A DNA stretch of 64,000 nt, from the NCBI GenBank assembly GCA_000004985.1, contig GG738885.1. One strand, given 5' to 3'. The notes beneath the pieces were generated by a model. It searched no databases and was not told where the DNA came from. It saw nothing but the letters and a program-made list of their open reading frames with translations. The stretch is from Naegleria gruberi (Eukaryota). Position 1 is the first letter of the stretch. Every line of letters starts with the position of its first letter. A program made the position numbers and the translations under genes. Shown here in pieces: positions 12,792 to 24,981 of this stretch.

Positions 12792-14844
12792 TTATTCTTG
12801 CTTTTCCAACTCGTTAAACCTCTTTTGCAAAACTTTCATTCCTTCCTTTTGGTAACTCTCCTTTCTTTTCTTATTTGCCTGTCCGAGACCTCCTCCAGTG
12901 TTGGATTTTGCAAAGCCAAGACCAGTATTTTTTTCTGTTTGTTTGGCACTGATTGGAGTGGTGATACCTGACTTGTTCTTACCCAATCCTTCACCTTTTG
13001 TCCAACCAAGCTTTTCTAACATTTTCTTACCGACATTGTTATCGTCAATTTCCTTCTTTTCCAATTCCTTGGCATTTACTGGCTTTGTATCACGCTTTCG
13101 TTTTACTCCTTGTTGGGATTTACCATTTTCTCTATTGAGTTGTGAGGTGGCCTGCTCAATATCCTTTTCCAATTGTTTTAATTGTTCATTGAATTCAGGG
13201 TTAGGAACAAATCCTCCTGAACTGATAACCTCAATGACTTGCTCCTTTTCCTCTTCTTGGGGTTTAGGAAGAGATGGTCCAATTACTTTGCCTTCAGTTG
13301 TTGGATTCTTTTCCTCAGAATTGTCGTTTTGTTCGCTTGCATCGGTTCCTTCAGCAGGGAATGCAACGTAAGTTTTATCTTCCTCATTATAATACATCCA
13401 GAATCCTCCTGCACAGTCATAGTAGTATCCGGTATTGATATCATAGTAATAATTAAGTTCACTATTATAATAGTAACCAGAGTCTGAATCAAAGATAAAG
13501 CCACTTTCTGCGAGTGCTTTATCCTGTTTTGAAAGGTTAGTATCTGCCGAGGAGCTCTCTATTATTTTTTGCTTTTCTTCTAGCTTTTGATCTGTGCCAG
13601 TATAACTGTATAAGGAATTCCAACTGGCTATTGTTGGTTCAGATTCATTTTCTTGTGACTGTTGACGTTTGGCATAGGCAACGTTAACACGAACACCATC
13701 AATAAATAGTTCAGAAACTTTTGATAGAGCGTTTGTGGCATCCTATATTGAATATTGTAGAAATGTAAAATATCAATAAAACATACCTCTAAAGAGAAAT
13801 ATTCCACAAAACCAAACTGTCTGGATATTTGGGTCGTCTTATCTCTAATAATTCTACATGCCTTGATTGGGGCAAAGGTAGAAAATACACTCAATAACTA
13901 GATATTGATAAGCTGAATGAATATTATAAACCAATCATACCGTTGTTTCATTAGTGAGAAGGTTAAGACCTCTCACAATAAGCTCTGTAGTTGGTGTGAC
14001 CTCTTCGTTAACATCGGAGGCATCTTTTGCCAACTCGTCTTTTGGAATAGAACAACCGAAACAATTAGTTCTATGCATAAAATTTTTAGTATTGCACTAT
14101 CAAAGAATTAATCAAATATTCAGTTATCAAAACAACTTACATGACCACAAAACCAATCCTTGAAACTTTTTTCATTTTCTTTTCCTTCCTCCGAGTGAGG
14201 TGTTTTGTGACTGTACTCCAACTCTACATAATCATTTCCAATAAACATTCCACCATTTGAAGAATTCATAAATTGCTCACTTTCGGTTAATGTAGCAAAG
14301 TCAACAAAACCAAATCCTCTACTTTGTCCAGTTGCTTTATCACGAACAATTCTGACACGTGTTGGTTGTAGTCCATGAATTTGAAAAACAAAATTTGAAA
14401 TATCATCTTCACTTGCAAGATTTGACAAACCTTTCAAAATAACAGAAGTAGATGGTTGAAAATGATTGCCTCTACGTTCTTCCCATACTTTTCTCTTCTT
14501 TTCCCTAAATTTTTGTTTGCCTTCATCTGGATTTTTAAACTTTTCTTGTAATTGTTCATATGCTTGTGTATGTCTTGGTTTTAATTGATGACCATCTTCT
14601 TCCTTTCTCTCCTGATGTGTTGTATTACTGAACGGATTACTTTTCAGTGTTCTTTGAAAAGGTTTCTTTTGATCCGATCTATTAAATCGTCATAATACAA
14701 GTTATTGTTAGATTGATTTTTGTTTAGTTTTAGATATGAATTTTATCCTGAACCGAACCTGTTTGAAGTGGTGTGACCGTGATCCCGGTTACTGCCAGTA
14801 TTATTTGAATATTGTTGTTGGTGTTGAGAATTGTCTTGTGGCAT
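12792..14844 (-). CDS. RBM5/RBM10-like RNA-binding protein: RRM1, RanBP2-type zinc finger, RRM2, OCRE, G-patch. At least 5 exons; resolved introns 14679..14758 (80 nt) and 14097..14140 (44 nt), and further unresolved ones through 13400-13950.
   Basis: RRM1 VRIVRDKATGQSRGFGFVDF. The zinc finger only appears after splicing: DWFCGH|CNTKNFMHRTNCFGC fits W-x-C-x2-C-x3-N-x6-C-x2-C. RRM2 IRDKTTQISRQFGFVEYF. Tyrosine-rich OCRE YYYDINTGYYYDCAGGFWMYYNEEDKTYVAF. G-patch MLEKLGWTKGEGLGKNKSGITTPI. Confidence 0.8.
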
Positions 14845-15080
14845 TTTTTCTAAGATTTAAAAATAATCTAATTTTCTAATATTTTATATTATATAATTCT
14901 TTAATTGTACCTTAATTGGCAAGTGGTTAATGATATTGTATTTAATATTGTATAGTAATCTTCATGTAAATAAACATTCATAATAAATAAAATCAAATAA
15001 TTACTCATTAATTTAAATTATTAATATTATTGTTTTAATTTCTTTTAAAAATAAAAATATATCACAATTAGATCATCAGG

Positions 15081-16483
15081 ATGAAGAGAAAATTAAACAA
15101 TAATTCCTCCTCACTGAGTAGTCTTTCGGAAGGCTATAGAAGTGATGATGAAAGTAGTCAGAATGCAATTGATGAGGAAAAGCCATCAAAAAAGTTAGCA
15201 ACCTCATCTTCACCAACAACTAATGACAATCATCACACAGATGGTGAAGAAAAGGATTTAACCAACAAGACAGTTATTATAGAAAAAAGTAATGATAATG
15301 ATTTTACATCAATACCTTCGGAAGAATTTGATATTGAACAAATTACAGGTTTTTCTGCATGTTCAACAGTGGAAAATTACGAGTTTTTAAATAATATTGG
15401 AAGTGGAACATTTGGTGTTGTGAGTCGAGGAAAATGTAAAGAAACAGGAGAGATTGTAGCTTTAAAGAGAATTAAATTAATGAAGGAATTTACTAGTAAG
15501 GAGGGATTTCCATTGACAGCACTTCGTGAAATGAATACACTTCTCCAGATGAGACATGAAAATTTAGTTTGTGCTAGAGAGGTTGTATGTGGATCTGATT
15601 TAAACAAAGTCTTTATTGTTATGGATTATATGGATCATACTTTGAAGGATGTTCTTGATAGATATAGCTTTAGTATGAGTGAATGTAAAAGATTAATGAT
15701 ACAATTATTATTAGGATTGCAATATATGCATGAGGATTGTTGGTTAATTCATCGTGACTTGAAGACTTCTAATATTTTGATGGATAATAAGGGATCTTTA
15801 AAGATTTGTGACTATGGTCTTACGAGAAAATATGGTTCTCCAATTAGAGATAATTATACTCCAGTTGTGGTGACACTTTGGTATAGAGGTGAGTTTTTTA
15901 TTATGTTTTAAATATGTTGATGAAATAATTTCAAGCACCTGAACTCTTATTGGGAGCTAAGAAATATTCGACACCAATTGATATGTGGAGTGTTGGATGT
16001 ATATTTTATGAAATAATTACTGGTGAATATTTATTTACATCTGACAGTGAAATTGGTCAAATGAAGAAAATATTTGAAGTTTTAGGAAAGCCAACAGAAT
16101 CAGAATATCCTGGATTTTCACAACTTCCAGCAATTAAGAAATTTAAATGGGATATTAGTAATGTGAAAGGAAGAGCTCAATTAATTAGACTTTTAAAAAC
16201 TCAATATCAACTCTCTGATCAAGGATGTGATCTTTTCAATAGATTATTATGTTTTGATCCAGAATCTAGAATTACAGCAAGGGAAGCACTTGCCCATCCA
16301 TTCTTCAAAGAAGCACCTCTTCCACAAACTAAGGAAAATATGCCGACATTCCCATCTGTACAAACAATTGACAGCTCAAAGAGAAAATCAACAAGAGAAT
16401 CTGGAAGAGATGAAGAACAAGTAGTTCAACACTCGAGAGCTAATGAATTGGAGAAGGAATTTAATAGATTCATGACGGAATAA
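15081..16483 (+). CDS. Cyclin-dependent kinase, CDK11/CDK10-like (PITSLRE type). Two exons 15081..15888 and 15936..16483; 47-nt intron.
   Basis: GSGTFGVVSRGKCKETGEIVALKRIKL, PLTALREMNTLLQMRHENLV, HRDLKTSNIL, DYGLTR. The intron gtgagt..tcaag splits WYR|APELLLGAKKYSTPIDMWSVGCI. The acidic/Ser-rich N-terminal extension is typical of CDK11. Confidence 0.85.
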
Positions 16484-16538
16484 TATTTCCCGCCAAATAA
16501 ATCATTTAATTCCAAACGTTTTTTAAATTATCAAAAAA

Positions 16539-17186
16539 ATGTCTACAAACATTTCTAGAGGAGCCTTTATTGTTTTCGAAGGATTAGATCGATGTGGAAA
16601 AACTACCCAAACAAATAAATTGGTAGAATTATTGAAAAATCAATTCGGAGTAGTTCATGAAATTGCCTTCCCTGATAGAACAACTGAAACTGGAAAATTA
16701 TGTGATGAATATTTGCGAAACAAGAATAATTTGAATGATCGTGCTATTCACTTGATGTTTTCTGCTAACAGATGGGATAAGATGCAATGGATTCAAAAAA
16801 CACTCCTCTCCGGTGAGCATGTTGTTTGTGGAAGATATGCATACTCTGGTGTTGTTTATAGTGCTGCAAAGGGAATTGACAGAAAGTGGTGTAAATCACC
16901 AGATGTTGGTCTTATTGAACCTGACTTGGTGATTTATCTTCAAGTGGATCCATCTATTGCCTCTACAAGAAAAGAATATGGAAATGAAAGATATGAAAAG
17001 GAACAATTCCAAAAAGCTGTTAAGGAACAATTTGAAACTTTATTTGAAGAAGATGGTTATAAGAATGTTAAAGTTATCGATGGAACAAAGAGTATTGAAG
17101 AAATATCTGAAGAAATTGCAGAAATCACCAAATCAACAATAGAGAAAGTTAAGTCTGAACCTCTTAGAAAGTTGTGGAGTGAATAA
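16539..17186 (+). CDS. Thymidylate (dTMP) kinase
   Basis: P-loop FIVFEGLDRCGKTTQ, DRY-like lid region, overall TMPK length of 215 aa. Confidence 0.9.
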   Translation: MSTNISRGAFIVFEGLDRCGKTTQTNKLVELLKNQFGVVHEIAFPDRTTETGKLCDEYLRNKNNLNDRAIHLMFSANRWDKMQWIQKTLLSGEHVVCGRYAYSGVVYSAAKGIDRKWCKSPDVGLIEPDLVIYLQVDPSIASTRKEYGNERYEKEQFQKAVKEQFETLFEEDGYKNVKVIDGTKSIEEISEEIAEITKSTIEKVKSEPLRKLWSE

Positions 17187-17214
17187 GTTTTTCAATACAA
17201 TATATGATAATTTA

Positions 17215-18840
17215 TTAATTTGAGATGAGATTGTTTTCATGAGCCCATTTGGCAATAATTTGAAGGATAATATTCTTTTCTTCTCTGCTTGAATTCTTCA
17301 ACATGTGGACAATATCACGTAAAGTTTCACTCGATTCCTTTCCTATTACTATTTGTTGGAATACACCTATACAAGCACCTCTCTTGCCTTCCCAAAATTC
17401 AGAATTCGAATCCAATCTTTCCAGAACATCGAAAGCCTTAGCAGCATAGTAATACGATCCAATCTTGTAACAATCATTAGCTATTAATTGGAGCAGATTC
17501 ATAGCATCTATTGAGGTTTCCATTTTCAAATATAATTCCCAAGCTAACTCTGGTTTGTTGTTCATAATGTAACATCTTGCTAACCAACTATTATATACAT
17601 AATCTCTCTTGTAACTTTCATCTGCAGCCATTGAAAGTGCTTTTTCTCCTTCCTTATAATTTCCAACAAATGCGTGAGCAATACCATAATTCCAATGGAA
17701 ATCACTATCATCTTGGAAGAAGTTTTCTACAGATTGAAGATATACTATTACATCGGCAAAACGTTTTGTCAAGAAGAAGCATGATGCCATACATTGTCTA
17801 CCTGGAATTGTGTCACATTCAGTATCTGATGTACCAACAAGTTGGAAGTAGTGTTCTGCGTTTTTGAGATGTTCTCTCGAATCGTGTAATTGTCCTTTAC
17901 ATGCATTAACAACACCCTTCAAAATATATTCACTTGCTTTCATTGGTTCCAAATCCTTAATTAATTCATATGCTTCATCTACATCTCCATTCTTTAAATG
18001 GTATATTACAAGGTTTAGCTTTGCTTCTGGTAAAATATCAAGAAGAGGAGGAAGCACTTGAAGAGCATTCTCTCCACTTCTGAAAACTACCATATTGTGC
18101 TTGATCAAATAGTTTTCAGCAGTATGTGAAGTTTGTTGGAGTTCTATAATTGGTTGGAGAACAGCTTCTGCTTTCTTTCCAGAATATGTCTTGAAGATGT
18201 TGCAAGCTCTAAGATTAAGTGCTGTTGGACTGTCTGGGTGTTTTTGAAGATAACTGCTCAGTACTTCCAAAGAAATATCAAAGAAATCTAATTTAAAGTA
18301 ACAAAGAGCTACATAGATTTGCAATGCTTCAAATGAACTGTCCTCCATCAATATATTTTTGTAAATATTTACAGCTGCTTGAACTTGGTTTCTAGAAAAG
18401 TGCATTGCAGCCAAACTCAATTGATCTTCAATATTGTTATCATTCAATTTTTTGTGACATTGATTCACTAAATCCTCTTTTTGGAGTTTATCTGCAACAT
18501 GGAACAAAATTCTATTTTGGAGTGGATTATCTGGACCTTTAATGCAAGCTTCATAAGCTTCTTCATATTCTCCTAAGAAGAAATAACAACAAGCAATATG
18601 AAGGAATACAAATGAATCCTTTGTTTTAGTGTATAACTCTTCCAAATATTCAATTGCTTTAGCGTATTCTCCTAAATGAAAACAACAATAGGCCAACCAT
18701 GGAAGTGTTGGTCTCACTCTTGGATGTTCCTTTCCGAGCCCCTTAAAGAACTAAAATACAAAATATTATTCCGACTTATCTTCTTATTAAACATACCTCC
18801 AACACTGCAATAGCACCAGAAAAATCACGTTGTTGTATCA
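17215..18840 (-). CDS. IFT56: Intraflagellar transport protein IFT56 (TTC26/DYF-13). Exons 18840..18796 and 18750..17215; 45-nt intron.
   Basis: Extended collinear similarity to TTC26: WLAYCCFHLGEYAKAIEYLEEL, NRILFHVADKL, DTIPGRQCMASCFFLTKRFADVIVYL, WLARCYIMNNKPELAWELYLKMETS, ANDCYKIGSYYYAAKAFDVLERLD. First exon encodes MIQQRDFSGAIAVLE, then gtatgt..tattttag. Confidence 0.85.
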
Positions 18841-19217
18841 TTGATACGATATCAATTTCTGTTTGTTCCGTCTTTTTGGTGTTTGCAACAGGTTTCTTTG
18901 CCTGTTGGGCAGCTGCTGTTTTCAGCTTTCCTGTAACTGGTCGTTTGAACATTTTTTATTCTTGTTGTTGTTTTCTTAGAAGTGCAAGTAATTGAGGTTA
19001 GACGATTAATCGTAAACAGTTCGCGCCAAAACCAGTTCAAAGAAATGGCGCCACAAACAATTAAAATTATTAAATTTATAAAAAATTCAAAGCTTTGCAG
19101 AACTACAACCTCTTGATAATAGATTATTCATAATATCTGCATTGAAATTGAATCAGAATCACGAATGATAGTTAATTGCTAGAGGAGGAAATATTGGAAT
19201 AATTATTAAAAGGAATC

Positions 19218-21011
19218 ATGAAACGAAGAGATGTCAAACCACCCGATTCAGCAAAAGGACTGATTTCAAGAGGAACCTCTGCAAAGGCAGGCACTTTAAT
19301 GAGACCTCAAAGTGAGTCAGTGAAGAAAACGTCAGAGTTTGGAGTTGTTAGGAATGTTCCATTTACAAAGGGTTTAAATACTGGTATGATGAATAATCAC
19401 TTTACATCACAAACCGAATCACAAAAGGATTTATTGGAAAAATTTAAAAGTGATAGTAGGGGTATTGCTAGTAAATTAACTCAACTCACAAAGAAAGTAT
19501 CTACCAAAAAACAACAAATCAAAAAGGTTGCTCATAACACCGAGTGGGGAAACGAATGGAAAAAGCTCAGAAAAATTCAAAGAGAGTTGGAAAGTGAAAT
19601 AGTGGACGAAATGAAGGCCGAGAGAGAAGAGTATTATTACGAAATAATGAACCAAGTTGAAGAGGGACAGAATAATCCTCTGAAATCAATTAGAGAAAGT
19701 ATTCATCGGCTTATTCTGGATAAAATTGAGAGGACAACGTGTGAGATATATAATTTAGAGAACGAAATCAATACCTTGTTTAAAAATTATGAGAGCTTAA
19801 ATCCCAACTCTATTGATATGGAAATTGATAATAATACATTCTCAGCGGATGAGTTTGTCAATAATATTTTGAGATCATTCAACTATTCCATAGACACGAC
19901 TTTAACCTTAATTCTTGAGGAGTTCAAGAAGAAGATCAATCAAATAATTGAGCTATACAAACAAGGGAAAGTTGTTCTTACTCCACATAATTGGGCAAGC
20001 GAGGATCATGAAAGATATAAACATGTTTATAGACAATATCAAAATGGAGAGCATTTTGGAAAGAATCTAGTATCATATTGGGAGCTACTGAAAAATACTC
20101 TTCCAACGAAATCGGAAACAGATATCAAAGATCATGATATGTGGTACAAGAAAGTTCACAAAATTGAGATCCACAAGATTAAGGAAAACAAGGAAAGACT
20201 TTTGAAAGATTTGGAAAAGATAGAGAGCATCAGTAAAGAGACAATCTCTTTTTATATCGAATCAGAGGAGAATAAGAAGAAAGAGGAATTGGAAAGGAAA
20301 CGGTTTAATGTTATTGCAGAAGAAGCTCGCAGAATGTTAGAGGAACAATTGATTTTGAAGGAAGAAAAAACCAAGGTAGACAATGAGAGAAAGGCCAAGG
20401 AGGAAGAAATCCGAAAGCAAGAGGAAGATGAAAGAGATTTGAGGGAAAGAGAGAGAAGAGAAAAGCTTAAAGAACAATTAGAGAAATATTTCAAAGAGAA
20501 GGAAGAAATCAATCAAATTCAAGAGGAGGAAAGAAAGAAAGAACAAGAAAGATTGAAAGAAGAACAAGTCCTAACCCAAAAACTCAATAAGGAAAGAGTA
20601 GACTTTAGAAAAAACAAAGAGTTTGAAAAGTTGGAAAAGAAAAAAGAAGAACAAAAAAAGAGAGAAGAGGAAGCTCTTAAAAGGGAGGCTCAACTCAATA
20701 AGCTCATAGAAAGTGTTTATGAGGAGATGAATTTATTGGAAATAGATATTGATACAAAACGTCTAAATCAACCAACTCAATCACTATTAAACAAGCAAAA
20801 GGAGGAAGAAGAGCAAGTTGAAAAGCTCAAACTTTATGGATATACTGCAGATCAATTAATGAAGGACAGAAAGTTCAAATTGCAACTCCTACTACAGGAA
20901 GCTGGATTACTCAATACTGATTATGCAAGAGAAATATTCAGTACATTGAAACCATCTCGATTGACAAGAGTAGATAATCTGACAACTGACCAAAAGACTC
21001 GCATCAACTAA
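19218..21011 (+). CDS. Coiled-coil protein, E/K/R-rich (597 aa).
   Basis: Long ORF from ATG 19218. C-terminal half is charged heptad-like low complexity (EEEIRKQEEDERDLRERERREKLKEQLEKY...). No enzymatic motif. Confidence 0.6.
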   Translation: MKRRDVKPPDSAKGLISRGTSAKAGTLMRPQSESVKKTSEFGVVRNVPFTKGLNTGMMNNHFTSQTESQKDLLEKFKSDSRGIASKLTQLTKKVSTKKQQIKKVAHNTEWGNEWKKLRKIQRELESEIVDEMKAEREEYYYEIMNQVEEGQNNPLKSIRESIHRLILDKIERTTCEIYNLENEINTLFKNYESLNPNSIDMEIDNNTFSADEFVNNILRSFNYSIDTTLTLILEEFKKKINQIIELYKQGKVVLTPHNWASEDHERYKHVYRQYQNGEHFGKNLVSYWELLKNTLPTKSETDIKDHDMWYKKVHKIEIHKIKENKERLLKDLEKIESISKETISFYIESEENKKKEELERKRFNVIAEEARRMLEEQLILKEEKTKVDNERKAKEEEIRKQEEDERDLRERERREKLKEQLEKYFKEKEEINQIQEEERKKEQERLKEEQVLTQKLNKERVDFRKNKEFEKLEKKKEEQKKREEEALKREAQLNKLIESVYEEMNLLEIDIDTKRLNQPTQSLLNKQKEEEEQVEKLKLYGYTADQLMKDRKFKLQLLLQEAGLLNTDYAREIFSTLKPSRLTRVDNLTTDQKTRIN

Positions 21012-21635
21012 TTTATTACTACACTACTTTACACTATTGTACATATAATTTTTAACAAACTACTTTGAATTTGTCTTTGAGGAATGAGGTTTTGCCTTTA
21101 AATCTCTGGAAAAAAGAGAAGAATGATTGATACGTTGCTCCTCTTTGAATGTCTTTACAGGACTGAATGTCTTGTAATGCCCAGCATAAAACAAGTTGGA
21201 ATTAGCTGTTAATGGTTCAGTTTTATGAGTCTTGTGGTGATCCTTCTTCAAGTGTTTCAGGTCTCTAGAGAATAACGAATAACTGCGCACATGTTCACTG
21301 TTAGATGTTCTCACAAAGAGATTGGAGAATTGAGTTGACTTTCTCTTGAGGGCACTAATGATCATCTTTTTTTTGAATTGAAATATTTGTAAGGACCTAA
21401 ATGGTTGTAAAAATAGTTTCAAAAAGAACGCGAGAGGAGGAAAGGAAAATTTTCACTTAAGGCGAATGTACAAAAGTTACCAAAGAAACCATTGAAAATA
21501 ATCTGACCAGAAATGTAACGAAACTTTTCAGTTAAATTATTACCATTTCAAATTGAACCTATGAAAATCCAACAAAAAGAGATTCAATAATTATTATTAC
21601 AAAATAATTATTGAATTAATAATGCAAATAAAAAA

Positions 21636-22834
21636 ATGCTCAAAAACCAAACACTAGGAAATCACAATGGCAAACAATATAATTTTGGAAGGGAATTGCT
21701 CACCACCATCACCATGATGATTATTCTAGTTATCGGGTTGTGTACATTATTTTGTGCTCAACCATCGGAGGCTTCGGAAGTTGTAGCAATTGGTGATTTG
21801 CATGGAGACTATTCAATGTTTTTAGAATTATTAAATTATTTAAATCTTACGAGAGATGAGACGAGTGGATGGATCAATACTGGAGATGTTGAACTTATTC
21901 AGACAGGAGATGTTTTGGATAGAGGAGAATATGGATTGGAACTTGTTAGACTATTTATGAATAATACAAATAATTCTAAAGTTGAAATGTTAATAGGTAA
22001 ATATTTATTGATGATGTATTTTGGTCAACTTTGTTAGGGAATCACGAGGAATTAAATTTATTAGGAGCATTTCACTATGTAAATATTAATGAATATTCGG
22101 AAGAATATAAAGATTCAATGTTAAATAAGTCTTCATTGATAAGGAAATTCCTATTGAGTAGAAAGGTTGTGAAAATTGTTGATGGTGTAGTTTATGTGCA
22201 CGCTGGTATTTTACCATCATTCATTGAGAAGGAGGACTTTGCTAACAAGGAACCAAATGATATTGTGCAATATTTGAATGAAATTATATCAAATTTACTA
22301 GATCATCTCACTTCAATTCATGTGAGATCATCAAACTCATTACTAGGTCACAGAGGTCCACTTTGGCTCAGAGATTATTCAGAGGGAAGAAATTGTGAAA
22401 GTTTATACAGAGTTTTGGAAATTCTTGGTGCTAAACATATGGTGGTTGGTCATGAAATTCAACAAGATATTACCATCAGATGTTATGATCCAAAGAAACA
22501 AATGAGTGTTATTTGTATTGATATTGGAATGAGTAATGGATATGGAGGAGCAAATCCAAGTGCAATCAAAATTGTGGATGGAAAGACTTTATATGTTTAT
22601 GAGAACATTCCAACAGTTAGAATGGTTGACTTGGCTACCAATACTGTAATGCATTTGGATTCTAATGCATTTACTGGAGGATTCAGGATTGGAATTTTTG
22701 GAGTATTTATTTCCACTCTTTTCGTTGTGTTATTGACAATAGTCTTATGCAAACCACCAAAAGAAATAATTACAGATAAGGATGACATTCAAATTGTTTT
22801 TAATTTTGACAAGAATAAGGAACTGGGTCAATAA
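21636..22834 (+). CDS. Calcineurin-like metallophosphoesterase with N-terminal signal/TM segment and C-terminal TM anchor. Exons 21636..21996 and 22038..22834; 41-nt intron.
   Basis: GDLHGDY, GDVLDRGEY and, across the intron, LIG|NHEELN reconstitute the GDxHG/GDxxDRG/GNHE metallophosphatase motifs. Hydrophobic tail FGVFISTLFVVLLTIVLC. Confidence 0.75.
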
Positions 22835-22867
22835 ATTATTTTCATTTTCTGAAATCATTAATATAAA

Positions 22868-24808
22868 TTACTTTTTAAAAAATTCATTAAATTCTAATGA
22901 AGTATAATCCAAGAATGGAGCATCCCAACCATTGAATGTTGGTTGAGCTACAGAAATATCAATATTAATCTTTCCATCATTCATAGGTCTAAACATTATA
23001 CTATGTTCAGTGTAACCACGGCAAGCCCTTTGCAATACTTGTCTCATTTGAGAATTGCAATCAATTTCAGCAAGATGGGACGATTTGGTTTGCTCAGTAA
23101 TTGGTAATTCAATAGAACGAGCCCACTCATCAATCAAATTTGAAGCTGCTTGATATCTCCACATTGATGAAAATCCATTACCTTGACCAAAGTTCTTCAT
23201 TGAATCACGATCTCCACTTTCAACACCATAAAGATGATTGTGATTTGATGCTCCAATTGAATTGTTTACAAAATAAGGGTAAGCTTGACCAGGTACCCTC
23301 ATCATTCCACTCTTCCAATCTCCTTCATAGACAAAAGATGGTGGATACTTATTCGAAACGTTATTAACACGTCTAGAAAATACCAAGATACATCCAGTCA
23401 TACATGATCCACCCATTGTTCCCTTTCTAGATTCAATTTGCTGTTGAATGAAGGGTGGTGTTGCCATGGCAGCTGATGTTTTTTGAATAATATCCTTAAC
23501 AATCCATGCTACTATTGTTCCTTGTGACCATATTGTTCCAGGTTGATTAACTCCGTAATTCATCATTGAATAGACTCCATCTTCATTGATGGCACTCAAT
23601 GTTCCAATGAAACCAGGCCACATTACTGATACATATCTCTTATCTTGAGGATTATCAGATTCTACTGTAGTAATCAATACTGAATGAACAGTAACTTTCT
23701 TCATATCGATTTCTCCATCCATATTTCTAACAGAAATAATATTCGATTGTTGTTCCTTTGGACAGTTGGCAGATGTAAATTTACCCCAAACAGAAAATTG
23801 AGTACAAGCAGCATTACTATCAGATGATTTCTTTCTGTTCATTTTGATTCCTCCCTTAAGAGTTGAAAGTTCTCCTACTATTTTTGGAACACCATGTCTA
23901 CCAATATATTCCAATTCAATATATCCATTAATTGCAATGATATCAATTGGCAGAAATTTTCTTCCTAGCTCAGGAATAGTCAAATCAACTTTGGAATCCA
24001 ACATTCCAGAATAAACTCCTTGAATACCAGACATAAATTCCTTATCATAGGTGAATGCAGCACTATTCAAAGCAGGAACGTGTACATTAAGATAACTAGA
24101 AGCTGATTGAATTGTTCCTTCCAAAATATAAAATCTGAAAAAGTCAATTACATGTTGAGCCATAAGATATCCATGAGCATAACCTCTCTGAGCTTCATTT
24201 CCAAACAAAGATAACACAGGAAGTCCTTTAATAAATCTGAAATATCCGTATTGATGATAACCTTCCTTTGGATATGGAGTCACTCCTTCCACAATAAAAT
24301 CCAAATCATTTAAACTATTTCTTTCACTTGTTAATTTAATAACTTTGAAATATTCGGCTGGTCCATCTCTATACCATCCATTGAAGCTTGTAGTTTTCAT
24401 TCCAGAAACAATCTGTCCAAGAATTATATAATTTTGATTCAATTCAACATTGAATTTGTATCCAATTTGTGTACTTTTTGGATAATTATCGGACAACATT
24501 TGTAATTTTGTGAAATTTGTAAATTTTGGAGTCAAAGTTGTCAATTCTACCAAATCAGGAATATATGGATACGAATTATTATCACTTTCTACAATTTGTA
24601 ATTCATAAATTGAAATTTTAAGTGTGATCATTGATTGATCATCAATTAAAGCATTATATTGATTCGGATTATTAATTTTTAATGTAATCAAGCCTCCAAT
24701 ATTATTTTGCGAAGTGGTGATGATTGTTGTATGGCCATATTCAAAAACTCCTCCCAACATGACCAACAAAACCATCAACAAATAAATTAATTTGATTTGA
24801 GCTGACAT
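22868..24808 (-). CDS. Secreted protein (646 aa), possible Ntn-hydrolase (phospholipase-B-like / acid-ceramidase-like).
   Basis: Signal peptide MSAQIKLIYLLMVLLVMLGGVF. Single long ORF. A Cys-Thr dipeptide (NAACTQFSVWGK) about 335 aa in could be an Ntn nucleophile. The family call is an inference and weak. Confidence 0.55.
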   Translation of the reverse strand: MSAQIKLIYLLMVLLVMLGGVFEYGHTTIITTSQNNIGGLITLKINNPNQYNALIDDQSMITLKISIYELQIVESDNNSYPYIPDLVELTTLTPKFTNFTKLQMLSDNYPKSTQIGYKFNVELNQNYIILGQIVSGMKTTSFNGWYRDGPAEYFKVIKLTSERNSLNDLDFIVEGVTPYPKEGYHQYGYFRFIKGLPVLSLFGNEAQRGYAHGYLMAQHVIDFFRFYILEGTIQSASSYLNVHVPALNSAAFTYDKEFMSGIQGVYSGMLDSKVDLTIPELGRKFLPIDIIAINGYIELEYIGRHGVPKIVGELSTLKGGIKMNRKKSSDSNAACTQFSVWGKFTSANCPKEQQSNIISVRNMDGEIDMKKVTVHSVLITTVESDNPQDKRYVSVMWPGFIGTLSAINEDGVYSMMNYGVNQPGTIWSQGTIVAWIVKDIIQKTSAAMATPPFIQQQIESRKGTMGGSCMTGCILVFSRRVNNVSNKYPPSFVYEGDWKSGMMRVPGQAYPYFVNNSIGASNHNHLYGVESGDRDSMKNFGQGNGFSSMWRYQAASNLIDEWARSIELPITEQTKSSHLAEIDCNSQMRQVLQRACRGYTEHSIMFRPMNDGKINIDISVAQPTFNGWDAPFLDYTSLEFNEFFKK

Positions 24809-24981
24809 TTTTTAAAAGTAAAATTTATGTAATTTAAAATTATTTGATTATTTACAACAGAACAATTTTGGGATAGAATTAGAGAAGAAACAAATAAGAA
24901 TTTGCCAAATATTAGTTTAATACTCAATGTTTTGAATGAAAGTTAAGCTCTTTCAAGTTTCCTCTTATTTCTAGAAAAAAA

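Noticed and set aside
21060-21422. 120-codon minus-strand ORF between the coiled-coil gene and the phosphatase gene.
   Set aside because: Basic low-complexity sequence in an AT-rich intergenic or UTR stretch with no recognisable motif; most likely noise.
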